A stretch of DNA of 49,692 bases from Trichomonas gallinae (GCA_008369845.1 MRSU01007394.1:1-49692), one strand, 5' to 3'; shown: positions 1 through 10,526, numbered from the stretch's first letter. Notes: a model not told the origin generated them from the sequence alone. Translations and numbers: made by a program.

Positions 1-143
1 TTTGTTTCCTAAACTGTTTCTCTGTTTCAAACTGACTGACTCAGTTCTGCGTGATCTCATTTGTTTTTGCTTCAGCCTTTGTCAGGAGACTGCAAACAGG
101 AATGTTTTTATCATTTTTAGAAAGCATACTCAAAATAGAGTAA
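1..143 (+). pseudogene. 3' end of a copy of the Cys/Asn/Ser-rich beta-helix-like family, truncated by the window edge and possibly decayed
   Basis: Ends ...FLESILKIE* (TAA 141-143). The DNA gaaagcatactcaaaatagagtaaatcagactttttt-aaataacaaaa matches the 3' ends of the copies at 34751 (VFENALKIE*) and ~25450 (LFENILKIE). There is an in-frame TGA at 33-35. Confidence 0.5.
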
Positions 144-193
144 ATCAGACTTTTTTAAATAACAAAACAAAATTTATAAATAACAAACATATT

Positions 194-3100
194 TCAACAC
201 AGAACAGACTTGAACAACTGTGAACAGAACATGTTTCCTTGAGTGTCGCCAATTGTGACTGTGTCTGTGCTGCGGTCGTAGCCGACGTGGCTGATGTTGT
301 TGTCGCACCGGAAGACGACGCAAATTTCGCGAAGGTTGAATGCCTCAAAGAGAACAACAACACGAGATTGGACGACAGCGAGGATGTAGTCGATGTCGGA
401 AGAGTTCGTCGCTGTGCACATGTGTGTGACTCTGTGAGGAAGGGAGATGTGACTGACACGGCGACCGTTAAGTGTGTGAACAATGATGTCTGAACCGTCG
501 ACTGCACTCTGTGAGTGAGAGCTGCAGACAACAATGAGGCCGATCCCTTCAGTGACGGCGACGATATTCGCGACGTGGTCAGTGGAGAGGCAGATGTCGA
601 GAGACCGGATGAATGAGAAGTCAGAGAGGAATGAAACAACGAGAAGGCCGTCAACAGAGCAGCTGACGACGACACCGAAGCTGGATGACGCAGCGCAGCA
701 CAAGATTGCGTCAGCGTGCGCCATAATGGATTTGCGGTCGATGAGATCCCCGCGATCGTTGATTGACCACTCGACGAGGATGCTGTCGACACCACCGGTG
801 ATGACTTTACCACCGTGGATGCAAGCACTGGAGATGGACTCGACGTGCTGCGATGACTTCGAGCAAAGAGTGTTGCAGTTGGACTTGACAACGAAAAGGT
901 CGCTGGAGTTGGAGGTGCAGAAGACAAAGAAAATGCTGTCGCTGTCACCTGTAGCGCAGATGTTAATGCTACCATCGATTATGTCGCGTGAAACTTGTGA
1001 AACGTGGGAGACGCTCAGGTTGCTCGTGCGGCAAAGTGAGACGCTGCCGTTGTCGAGAAGTGTGAAAAGAAGAAGCTTGTCGGTGCTGTCGCCAACGCAT
1101 TTGACTGAGATAACTGGACGATCAGAGACTTTGAAGTGTGTGAATGCAGATGGGACTGGAGCCTTACGAGGAGGACGTCTCTTGTGCGGAGAATCGAAAA
1201 GCTTACGAGGGATGGAGCCAACATGGTGGAGCATAGACTCGATCATCGGAGAGTCATTGGGGTCGGGGAACTTCTGCCAGACGTCTTGGTAAAGGTGTGG
1301 GTCGAATGTGTTGTCTGAGTCGCGGGCAGCAGGGCCAGACTGCTTGTAGCCCCAGATGAGGTCAATCCAGTCGGAAAGGTGAGCACTGACGTAGTCGCTC
1401 TCAAGAGCCTTCTTGTGCAGGTAGATAAACTCCTCGGGAGTCTTGGACCAGTTAGGTAGGACAACGTCGCCGATGGAGACGCCATCGCTCATTGTACCAA
1501 TGTCGAAGCCATCGATGTTGCGCAGGAAGTCGGCGCAGAAGAAAAACTCAGGTGTAAGCTCGCGGAAGTTGTTGTTGCTTGTCTTGACGTGGGAGTATGA
1601 CTCGGGGATGGAACGGAAGAGACGAGATGGGTGGTCGAACTTGCCGTCCTGGAAGCGGATGTGGGCACTCGTGAAAGGCTCAAGCCGAACCATGTAGTGA
1701 AGGACGTTCATGCTGCAGCTGTACATGTTGTGGTAAAGGAAGCCGCTGTCTGTATTGGATGACATGAACTTAAGCTTGCTCAGACGATCTTGCCCAAGTG
1801 CACCAATGGGCTTACTAAGGTCGCGGAAGACGCTAGTGTCGCTGAGGTCGAGGTCATGGACATCGTTGTTGTCGATGACCCATGGGAAGACTGGGTAGCA
1901 CTCGATGTTGTTGGATGAGCGGCCGGAGAACTCGTTGAGCATCATCAAGTATGTGAAGTTTGAGATCTCGTAGTTAAGCCACTTCTGAGTGTAGTGCTCG
2001 ATCTCAGATGAACCTGGAAAAGACTGGACGAAGCAGTCAGATGGGAGTGGAATAGACTTGATGTACGACAATGTCTTGGAGCCATCGACTGATGGGAAGT
2101 TGAACAAGAAAGATCTGCGTGAGCATGTGTAGACCTCAAATGCTGTCTGGCGCTGAAGGACGTACTTTTGGATGACGGATGTGACGTCGTCGCGCTTGAT
2201 GGTGATTGTGCGGCTGCCTTCTGATGAGAAGCTGTAGCCGGCAGAAGTGACAGTGAATGTACCTTGAACAACTTTGTCGACGCAGATGAGCTCGCAAGAG
2301 ACACGCCAGATGTACTTCTCGTTCTTGCCGATATCGTCGAAGCGAGAAGGAGATTTTGCGGGCAGACTGTAGAATGCTTCGGTGTCGTCCCTGCGAAGAG
2401 ATAAACCAAGTGACTCGTCGGTGTCGCGGCGCAGTGATGCATCGAGGTGGGGATCGAAGCGAGTGTTACGCTTAAGAAGAATGGGACGCATCATGTTGTC
2501 GTACATGGAAAAGCGCTTGTAGTGGTTGTGCATTGCGAGTTTCTTCTGTTTGAAGAACGGTGAGCGCTCATGTGAGATTGATGCCCAAAGACTCCGCCAG
2601 TGGCGAGTTGATGACTCGTAGATGGGCTCGAGGTGCTTACGAGATGTCTTGCTGTGTGAGTCAATGCGTTCGCTGATCTCGGTTGCAGTAGGGATGCAGC
2701 ATTTCTCGATCAGGCTGCTGAAGAGAGCAAACAGGATCTCGTCGATGATGTTCATAGCGGATGGAGGCTGGTCGCAGTAGTTGTTGAATGCATGGAAACC
2801 ATTAACATATTTAGACTTGTTTCGCCAGTCGGAACCGAAGATGTTTCGAAGCTCGTCGTAGACAGGAGACAGGATGTCGCTCTCTGGAAGGCGAGTGATG
2901 AAGTGGCCGACATACTCAAGGATTTCATCTGTCTTGTCGCAATTCTTCATGGCACGGACAAGGAGAGGGACGAGGTCTGTGTAAGATGATGAATCTTCGT
3001 AACGATCGAAGAAAAGAGAAAGCATTACGAAAATTGGCTGGTCCAGTGTCTTAGGGAATGACAAAGATAGCGTTGACATGAAGTCTATGAGACGCTTGCA

Positions 3101-6100
3101 CAAATCTCGGTCAAGCCACTTGCCAAAACTGTCGACACGCTTGCAGAAGACCTGTGATGTGAAGACATCTTTGTTCTTGACATATCGCTTGATGATGTCC
3201 ATAACATTGGGCAGAGATGTGCTGAATGAAGAAAAGTCGTTGTTCGTAATAAAATCGCAGCTGAATGGAGAGTGGACGAATGCGTCGATGAGCTTCTGGT
3301 TCGGGTATCGAGGAGTGTGGAACATGAGAATAAGAGCAAGCGTGCCTGATGCAACACAGATCTCGGGTGATGGTGGCTTTGTCGAGATGATGTCGAGGAC
3401 ACTGGAAACAAGGTCAGATGAGATTTTGTCGATGTCGATCTTGCACTTGAAGCTGATGCTAGCAAGAGCGTCGATGCAGACGCGGAGAGACAATGGGTCA
3501 TTAGCAACAATCTTAGCAACAATCGGGATAGTGTTCAGTGACTTAGACATCGCGCAGTGGAGGAGAATTGCAGTGAGGAAGTGGAACTGTGAAAGGTCGA
3601 AGAGAGAAAGGTTGCTCTCGTTCTCGAAGACTTTGTGGAGGAATTCGATGAAAAGTGAGCAAATTTCGCGCGGAGAGACAATCATCGCTGATGCTGCGAG
3701 TTTTATGTACAGGCTGTGCTTGATGACAATGTTGCCACTGTCGACGATCTTACGTAGTGACGTTCTCTCGCTGATTCCGACAGAGCAGCGGCAGCAGTTT
3801 GTCAGGAAGCATTTATCACTGTCGTCTTCAAGAGTTTTCTCGTAGATTGGATTAGACGCAATGAGGAAGTTGGCAATGCTGACTTTGTCGTCGGAGATGC
3901 TTGAGCTCCCTGGTGTCTCTGAGAAGACAGAAAGGATGAAGCTGCGGACGCGGTCAAACGGATGCGCAACAATCTTGATCCATGTGTTCTCGAAGTGGAA
4001 CATGTCAAACTTAAACCAAGGCTGGTGGATGCACAACGCGCCAACTTCAAGCAAAGACAATGCGTCGTCGACTTTTTGGCATTGCCAGATTGAATGATAC
4101 AAGAAATCTGCTTCTGCCTCCGTGTAAGGGTGAATGACGATGATTTTCATGATAGAGACAATGACGGAGCGAATTGACGACATCTGCGAGATGACGTCTG
4201 AAGCAGATTGACCCGTAACAATTAATTCGTTCTTGCTGATTGATTCGATGTTAGACTGGCTAGGAACAAGGCGATTAAAGATCGTGAGCATGAAACCGAA
4301 ACTGACGAAGTCGCGGCACTCGTCTGAGTTAGACTCAAGGATATGATGCCAGTCTGTGAAAACAAGGTGCGAAACAGATATAGGAGCAAAGCGCCAGATG
4401 TCGTCGTTGAATATGATGCAGCGGAGAAGCATTGAGCGAAGACTTTTGCTCCGTGTTGAGTTGAGCTGGTCGACGAATGAAGACCAGATGTTGGCAGTGA
4501 GGTGTGACTTCGAAGAGTTGTACAAGAAGTGCGCGATGACTGAGTACATGTGGCACATTGACATCTGAGACGCCGTGATGTCTGACTTCTTGATCAAATT
4601 CGAGACAATGCTGAGAAGATTCTCGAAGAAAGTCTGCCTGTCTTTTAGATTAGGGCACTGGAAGTCAAGTTGGCCGAAAAGAGAAATAATGAAATTGATT
4701 GAATGCGATGCCTCAAAAACTTTCAAGAAATTCGAGAAAAATCTAATTGGTGTTCCAGAATATGAAAATTTGCATTTCGCAGGATCAAATATAAATGTTT
4801 TGTTTCCGAACCTCTTTAGGATTTTCATGTCGCTCTGGTGCTCTGTGGCCCAGTTAGCTATTGACTGCATGTTCATCTTCTCAGGAAGCTTCAGCATACT
4901 TGAAATGTTCCAGTTTCCGCGAGTGTAAACTGCTGCTTCTTGAGCTTCAACTGAGAAGAATCTCTGAGAGTTTTCGACGACATTTAACATCATGTTCATC
5001 TTGAAATCAGGAAGTACTGGGAATGGCTTAATGCTCACTGTCTCTACTTCATTATCTTCTATGAACAGTGCAATTTTTTCATCGTAGTGTCTAAAAACTA
5101 AAGAAATATTGAAAAACTTTTGAACTGGAATTTCTTTTGTAAAACTGAAAGTTTTTTCTTCTTCTTGATTGATTTTATATTTGATTGCAACACTGTTATT
5201 AGCAAACAAGCACTTCAAATATGATTGTTTGTCTTGTGTGTTGAAATCGAACAAATATCTGCCACAATTTGCAGCATCAACTAAAATATTCGCTGTCACC
5301 ATGAAATCGTCTGAAGTGTTAACAGCAGTAATTTCTGGTAGTTGTATTCCTGAGAATTCAGACGAGAATAAAACCATAGAGAAGTGCTGCGGTTTCTCTG
5401 CACTGCTCACTATGTTGGCTAAATGAGCAATGCAGTCGAAAATTCTATTATTGAATCTAGGAGATGAAACACTTGAAAATTGACGGAAAAACTGTATAAG
5501 TGCTGTGTGATTCAATCCTGTTGTTGCGATTAATTCGAAAATTTTTAGGATTGTCGGGAAATCTTTTTCTTCGAATTTCTCGAATATCATTGCAGGCAAA
5601 TGGCCAGCGATGCACGCGCATCTGTTGCAAACAGATTTCTCGCAGAATCTTAATATATCGTTTAAAACAGATGAATATTCTTTCGAGCCTCTCGTTGATA
5701 TTATTAAAAGAGGAATAGCTTCAGGAACAGCAATTCTATCGAAGTTATAGTCTCCACCTGAAATTACTTTAACTATACGGTTATATAATGAAGAATCAAC
5801 GCCAACTCTATTGGCAACTTTTGCTATGGAAGTAAATGGAATTCCATCGAAAACGAAATTTCTTACTTGTTGTATTTTCAGCAGAAGATCGAAGCCTAAA
5901 CCTAAAGCAATGTGCGCGCGTTCGACTGGCTTCAAGTTCAATATTATAGAAATGATGTCAGACAGTATTTCTGTGTTTTTGATCATGTGGGAAATCTTTG
6001 TTACGTTTCTATCAATGCCCTGACAAATTGTGTCAACTATTGTTAATAATAAATCAAATGTTTTTTGTTCTGATATGTTTGGAATCAAAGACCATATGGT

Positions 6101-7897
6101 TTTATGGAGAGAATTGATGAAATTATCGTATGGCTTTAGAACTTGGTCTTTTGAAGCATTATCTATAACCAGAGAAGTAAAAGAAACCGAAAAAGGAACT
6201 GAAAAACTTTCGAAGAAGAAATTTGAAATAACTGAACAACAAAAATCGCTTTGAACGATGTTAATTTGTGCATTTGGTAATAATATAAGTTTAAATACAA
6301 CTGTCATTAGTTGTGGTCTATATAATTTTGCTAATGGATCTGAATTATTATAAAAATTTTCTTGCTGGATCAACATAGCAAGGAAAACTGATTCCCAAAG
6401 AGAATCATTAGCGTTTTTTACCGAAAATATATGTGGAATGTTTTGATACGCGAGATTCATTATATCACTGAACAAAGCGTTGTGATTTGTTAGATTTGAT
6501 ATTACATTAGCGAAACTTTGACGGATACATGGTATAGTTTTATCATTTGCGCAAAGCATTCCAAGCATTTGAAATGTTTGTTGCTGTAGATACAAAAGTG
6601 GACTCTGTGGACATGTATAACTTGTTGTATTAGGATCAAACAAGCTTAAAGGGAGAACTAACTCAAATGCTTTGTTTTTAATAAAATAATCTCCAATTTG
6701 AATTGCATAATCAGTGAGTTGTGATATGATAATAATGGTGATAGCATATATATTTAAGCCTTCATCCATGATAAACTTGATCAAAATATCTAAAATACTC
6801 GAAAAAACATCAAATCCTGAATTTGATAATTGCATACCTGTTTCTTTTGAAAAAATAAGCAGTGGATTAGTTGTAGCATCTTCTAGTGTAAACAAATTCT
6901 TAAACTTTTTGATTTTTTCATCGGATAAAAACATTTCTAAATTTTCTTGGTTATTTTTAAATGTAAGTGAAATTTCATGATTCTGTATCGATTCTTTTTG
7001 GAAAACATCCGGAGTTGTAGTGGTTTTAAACAATGTATTCATTGGTGACATTTGTCGAAGCACATCCATATAAGGAGTGCAATCAAATACAATATGTTTG
7101 CGTAATGATATCATTAGTTGCAGAATTGCGCAGTTTAAAGTGATTGATACTGGATTTTTAGCGATCAAAATAATCAATTTTATGATCGATGTGCTTAATT
7201 TCGAAATAAGTTCTTTATCTGGGTTTACAGCCTTTCCTATGATGACTGCCGTGAAATAAAAATGATTTGAGATGAGATTTTCATTTTCTTGATTAATTTG
7301 ATCAAGAAGAGTATCTATCATATTTAACGTAATTGATAAGTGTGCTTGAAGACAGTTAGACTTTGAATCTGAGTAAAACTGTTCTACATCCTTTAAAACA
7401 TCCACGTATTCAGTGATTCGAGACAATTGACTTGCAAATGAGAACTTTTCGAATATACCAAAGAATAACTCGTTGATATGTTGTGGTTGTGGGTAAAAAA
7501 CTGAAGCCGCTGATAATGCACTTATATAATCTCTAAATATAGAGGGTTCAATTTTCTCAATGGGGGTAAATAGTATGCAGCAGGTCGATCTCACAGTTAA
7601 TATTGAATAAATTTTCTTATCTTGTTGACTTATTGATTGATTCTCAAGTTTTTCTTTGAGAATACTTATAAATGGTGTGTGTAATTCGTATTTCAGATAA
7701 AGGTAATCGAGAACCTTCTGTGGAATAAGAATTTTCTGAATGGAATTTAATTTTTGCGATTGAGGATATCCCGGAATCATTGATTCAATCGTTTGATTCT
7801 CCGGTAAATCGATTGGAACTTCGAATACACTCTGAGTCAGACTTAAATTTTTGTCTGGTAATGGAAGATAGTTAGAGAAATATCGAAGAACGCTCAT
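194..7897 (-). CDS. Beige/BEACH domain protein (long N-terminal region, PH-BEACH, C-terminal WD40 repeats)
   Basis: BEACH motifs ISNFTYLMMLNEFSGRS, YPVFPWV, FRDLSKPIGAL, RLEPFT, FDHPSRLF, RELTPEFF, DVVLPNWS, ALESDYVS..WIDLIWGYKQ, followed by WD40-like repeats. The first ATG (MSVLRY) is at 7897; the ORF-track start 7906 is TTG. Confidence 0.95.
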   Translation of the reverse strand: MSVLRYFSNYLPLPDKNLSLTQSVFEVPIDLPENQTIESMIPGYPQSQKLNSIQKILIPQKVLDYLYLKYELHTPFISILKEKLENQSISQQDKKIYSILTVRSTCCILFTPIEKIEPSIFRDYISALSAASVFYPQPQHINELFFGIFEKFSFASQLSRITEYVDVLKDVEQFYSDSKSNCLQAHLSITLNMIDTLLDQINQENENLISNHFYFTAVIIGKAVNPDKELISKLSTSIIKLIILIAKNPVSITLNCAILQLMISLRKHIVFDCTPYMDVLRQMSPMNTLFKTTTTPDVFQKESIQNHEISLTFKNNQENLEMFLSDEKIKKFKNLFTLEDATTNPLLIFSKETGMQLSNSGFDVFSSILDILIKFIMDEGLNIYAITIIIISQLTDYAIQIGDYFIKNKAFELVLPLSLFDPNTTSYTCPQSPLLYLQQQTFQMLGMLCANDKTIPCIRQSFANVISNLTNHNALFSDIMNLAYQNIPHIFSVKNANDSLWESVFLAMLIQQENFYNNSDPLAKLYRPQLMTVVFKLILLPNAQINIVQSDFCCSVISNFFFESFSVPFSVSFTSLVIDNASKDQVLKPYDNFINSLHKTIWSLIPNISEQKTFDLLLTIVDTICQGIDRNVTKISHMIKNTEILSDIISIILNLKPVERAHIALGLGFDLLLKIQQVRNFVFDGIPFTSIAKVANRVGVDSSLYNRIVKVISGGDYNFDRIAVPEAIPLLIISTRGSKEYSSVLNDILRFCEKSVCNRCACIAGHLPAMIFEKFEEKDFPTILKIFELIATTGLNHTALIQFFRQFSSVSSPRFNNRIFDCIAHLANIVSSAEKPQHFSMVLFSSEFSGIQLPEITAVNTSDDFMVTANILVDAANCGRYLFDFNTQDKQSYLKCLFANNSVAIKYKINQEEEKTFSFTKEIPVQKFFNISLVFRHYDEKIALFIEDNEVETVSIKPFPVLPDFKMNMMLNVVENSQRFFSVEAQEAAVYTRGNWNISSMLKLPEKMNMQSIANWATEHQSDMKILKRFGNKTFIFDPAKCKFSYSGTPIRFFSNFLKVFEASHSINFIISLFGQLDFQCPNLKDRQTFFENLLSIVSNLIKKSDITASQMSMCHMYSVIAHFLYNSSKSHLTANIWSSFVDQLNSTRSKSLRSMLLRCIIFNDDIWRFAPISVSHLVFTDWHHILESNSDECRDFVSFGFMLTIFNRLVPSQSNIESISKNELIVTGQSASDVISQMSSIRSVIVSIMKIIVIHPYTEAEADFLYHSIWQCQKVDDALSLLEVGALCIHQPWFKFDMFHFENTWIKIVAHPFDRVRSFILSVFSETPGSSSISDDKVSIANFLIASNPIYEKTLEDDSDKCFLTNCCRCSVGISERTSLRKIVDSGNIVIKHSLYIKLAASAMIVSPREICSLFIEFLHKVFENESNLSLFDLSQFHFLTAILLHCAMSKSLNTIPIVAKIVANDPLSLRVCIDALASISFKCKIDIDKISSDLVSSVLDIISTKPPSPEICVASGTLALILMFHTPRYPNQKLIDAFVHSPFSCDFITNNDFSSFSTSLPNVMDIIKRYVKNKDVFTSQVFCKRVDSFGKWLDRDLCKRLIDFMSTLSLSFPKTLDQPIFVMLSLFFDRYEDSSSYTDLVPLLVRAMKNCDKTDEILEYVGHFITRLPESDILSPVYDELRNIFGSDWRNKSKYVNGFHAFNNYCDQPPSAMNIIDEILFALFSSLIEKCCIPTATEISERIDSHSKTSRKHLEPIYESSTRHWRSLWASISHERSPFFKQKKLAMHNHYKRFSMYDNMMRPILLKRNTRFDPHLDASLRRDTDESLGLSLRRDDTEAFYSLPAKSPSRFDDIGKNEKYIWRVSCELICVDKVVQGTFTVTSAGYSFSSEGSRTITIKRDDVTSVIQKYVLQRQTAFEVYTCSRRSFLFNFPSVDGSKTLSYIKSIPLPSDCFVQSFPGSSEIEHYTQKWLNYEISNFTYLMMLNEFSGRSSNNIECYPVFPWVIDNNDVHDLDLSDTSVFRDLSKPIGALGQDRLSKLKFMSSNTDSGFLYHNMYSCSMNVLHYMVRLEPFTSAHIRFQDGKFDHPSRLFRSIPESYSHVKTSNNNFRELTPEFFFCADFLRNIDGFDIGTMSDGVSIGDVVLPNWSKTPEEFIYLHKKALESDYVSAHLSDWIDLIWGYKQSGPAARDSDNTFDPHLYQDVWQKFPDPNDSPMIESMLHHVGSIPRKLFDSPHKRRPPRKAPVPSAFTHFKVSDRPVISVKCVGDSTDKLLLFTLLDNGSVSLCRTSNLSVSHVSQVSRDIIDGSINICATGDSDSIFFVFCTSNSSDLFVVKSNCNTLCSKSSQHVESISSACIHGGKVITGGVDSILVEWSINDRGDLIDRKSIMAHADAILCCAASSSFGVVVSCSVDGLLVVSFLSDFSFIRSLDICLSTDHVANIVAVTEGIGLIVVCSSHSQSAVDGSDIIVHTLNGRRVSHISLPHRVTHMCTATNSSDIDYILAVVQSRVVVLFEAFNLREICVVFRCDNNISHVGYDRSTDTVTIGDTQGNMFCSQLFKSVLC

Positions 7898-7925
7898 CGC
7901 GATCAAATTGAATGGGTTTAATATA

Positions 7926-8278
7926 TTTTTGTCAAATAAATTTTAATTTGAATGGATTTTTTTGACAAAAATTTTTGAAATTGACATGTAAAATTCTCGA
8001 TTATCATTTAATTTATTTACATGTCAAATAAAATCAATGAACAAATTTACATGTCATAAAAATTCCACTCCTGTCAAATTACTTTATTTACATGTCATAA
8101 AAATTCTTAAATTGTCAATCCCATATATTTACATGGCATGTTATAAATTTGATAAATTTACGTGTCAGAAAATTATAAAAGTGCCGGTTTGATAAGTTTA
8201 CTTGTCACAACAATTGTTAAAACCGTCAATTTGTTAGATTTACATGTCATAACAATATGTAATGTGTCAAAATGTCAA
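7926..8278. repeat. Degenerate array of TTTAC(A/G/T)TG(T/G)CA motifs in a divergent intergenic region
   Basis: Forward copies start at 8016, 8046, 8087, 8128, 8157, 8197 and 8239, with an inverted copy at 7982-7992. Extra TGTCAA half-sites lie between them, and there is an inverted pair tttttgtcaaa/tttgacaaaaa at ~7926-7971. Confidence 0.8.
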
Positions 8279-8302
8279 CTTTAGATTTTTTAAACGTAAC
8301 AA

Positions 8303-8686
8303 ATGACTATGGAATTAGGTCTCAACGAGAAAGACTTGCAGACTCTTTCTGATGCGCTCAAAGAAAGCGACAAATACAAAGATATACAAAATCAGATGCG
8401 TGCTGGTGTTTTATTGTGCGCACAAGAACTTGTAAATGAAACACAAACATCTCAACTCGAACAATTCAACAAACAGCCACCGAGTGATGAAGATATACTC
8501 ATGGCACTTGCATGTGTCAATAATTACTTGAAATCTCGCGGATTAACAAAAACATCACAAGTTTTGATGGAAGAGTATCCAGCGATGCTGTTTGCTGATG
8601 GAGAAAAGCAGGCTAAGGAATTTACGAAATCCTACAAGCAATACGATAATCTTCTTTCAACATTAACAGCTATCGTTACAGACTAA
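8303..8686 (+). CDS. Small TOF-LisH protein, FOR20(CEP20)/FOP/TON1-like basal body protein
   Basis: N-terminal helix LQTLSDALKES...IQNQMRAGVL resembles the TOF motif (LKDTLEKKGVLGHLKARIRAEVF). It is followed by LisH-like LACVNNYLKSRGLTKTSQVLMEE. Confidence 0.65.
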   Translation: MTMELGLNEKDLQTLSDALKESDKYKDIQNQMRAGVLLCAQELVNETQTSQLEQFNKQPPSDEDILMALACVNNYLKSRGLTKTSQVLMEEYPAMLFADGEKQAKEFTKSYKQYDNLLSTLTAIVTD

Positions 8687-8799
8687 TGTATTTTTGTATT
8701 GTTACTTCATAATAAAATTGCTATATTGTATTGTAAATTATCATTTCTATCATAAAACATAAAAATACAAATTTATTGAACATTAAAAAAGGACAAAGA

Positions 8800-9732
8800 T
8801 TACATAAACTTAGTATTTTGGTCGATTGAAAGTAATTTTTCTTCAACTTCACCTAAATAGCTGACAAACTGAGGTGCTCCAGTTCCAACAACGAAAATCG
8901 AGCCATTCATCTCTGATGAAGCTTTCATTTCTCTCAACGCCTTAATTTGATTGTGGAGCATCTGATTTTCGCTTTTAAGAGCTGCTATTTCAGCTTGAAC
9001 AGCATTCATATTGCTGTCTGGGAAAGAAGCCTCATCCGAGAATTCTTCTGGTGCTACTTCGTCTAAAAATGGTCTCGGAATAGATTGAATTGTCTTTTTA
9101 GGAAGTGGACTCAAAGCTTGATTTAATCTGAGAAGATCTGATTGAGCAAGATTGTTTCCATCTAAGTTAATCGTAGTTATTCCACCTTCTTGAACAGATT
9201 TGCGTTGAGCAAATGCAATTGCTGAAGGAATGATTTGATTCGTTAAATTGCAATTTTGAATTGTAATCGATTCTATCTTATTAGGATCAAGTGATCTGAA
9301 CATAGCTTCAATTCCTGGATTATCAATCGAGCAATTTCTAAAAACGATTCTGATTAAAGATTTTGAACGAGCAAACGAGCCAGACATTCTTGCAAGATAT
9401 TCAGATGCTATCTGTAAATTGGAAAATACAAGTTCTGTGATTTTGCTGCTTTTTGGAACGCAATAGCAAAGTAATTCAACCATATTTCTTATGTAACTCT
9501 TTTTATTTTTAGCGATAGATTTCAAAATATCTGTTGGCATTTTATTTGGATTGTTTGCGTATGAAGTAATTGCATCGCAGCTGAAACCGAGAGAATCAAC
9601 GTTATTGATACAGAATTTCTGCAATGTTCTAAACAACGGTTCATAATTTTCAGCTGATATTATCGAAAAATCGAACACGTATTCGTTGTTTGTTCCTTGC
9701 GCGATTTGGCGCAAAAACTCATTCGATAACAT
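8800..9732 (-). CDS. RNI-like leucine-rich repeat protein with C-terminal coiled coil
   Basis: LRR-like units ITELVFSNLQI, LIRIVFRNCSI, IESITIQNCNL, ITTINLDGNNL; heptad segment VQAEIAALKSENQMLHNQIKALREMK. Confidence 0.8.
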   Translation of the reverse strand: MLSNEFLRQIAQGTNNEYVFDFSIISAENYEPLFRTLQKFCINNVDSLGFSCDAITSYANNPNKMPTDILKSIAKNKKSYIRNMVELLCYCVPKSSKITELVFSNLQIASEYLARMSGSFARSKSLIRIVFRNCSIDNPGIEAMFRSLDPNKIESITIQNCNLTNQIIPSAIAFAQRKSVQEGGITTINLDGNNLAQSDLLRLNQALSPLPKKTIQSIPRPFLDEVAPEEFSDEASFPDSNMNAVQAEIAALKSENQMLHNQIKALREMKASSEMNGSIFVVGTGAPQFVSYLGEVEEKLLSIDQNTKFM

Positions 9733-10526
9733 TAACTTTTTTTTTGTCGTTTACAATTTTTTAATAATGATTTTTATTTCATATATGAGACATATATAAT
9801 GTATAAAGTATATTTTTGATTTCAAAATTCGCAAACAACAAATTTATTAATTTGCAAAAAAAATTATTGCATTTTAACCTCAAACAATATGTGCAATAAT
9901 ATATTCAGGTAATAAAAGATTAGAATTCATTCACATATTTGATCAAATGATGATTTAATATAATTTCAAAGTATAAACTTGAATTATATTTAAAATATGC
10001 ATTAAAATAATTATAGATGATATAGAAAAAGCAAAATTTCGATTGTGAGCATCAGGTTATACTTAAGAAATTTTTTCAAAAATTATATTGGCAATTATAA
10101 CTGTTCTTCTTTAATATTTCGTTTGTGTATGTCTAAAATTGAATGTTTTCATCCTTATAATCATAATATAAAAAAGGATCGAAAATAAAATCATACACAT
10201 GAATCGCATACTCTCATAAAGAACAGTGTAAACATAGATGTATCTGATTCTTTAGTCCAAATTAGCTACTAAGACAATAAACATTAATAAATAACTATGG
10301 CCTTTATTACATTGAATTTTGATTAATTCAAGGCCATAATTATAAAAATTGTAAAAACTTGATATATTGTTAATACATTATATTTGTGGTTATTAAATAT
10401 TGAAGTTAAATTTTTTATGTTTTCAATGAAATTTTGATTACATTGATGCTGTGCATTATGTTGATTGCGTGTAACTAAAAAAACACGTTTTTTTTTAAAA
10501 CAACAAAAAATTTTGGTGATTTTACT

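Noticed and set aside
145..4928. Many long alternative-frame and antisense ORFs over the BEACH gene (e.g. 145-975, 534-1292, 3078-3845)
   Set aside because: Ser/Thr- or Arg-rich shadow ORFs expected from the GC-rich, C-ending codon bias; no domain signal.
7982..8250. CRISPR-like appearance (short repeats with ~20-30-nt spacers)
   Set aside because: Repeats are only ~11 bp and degenerate, spacers are partly related to each other, there are no cas genes, and the context is eukaryotic.
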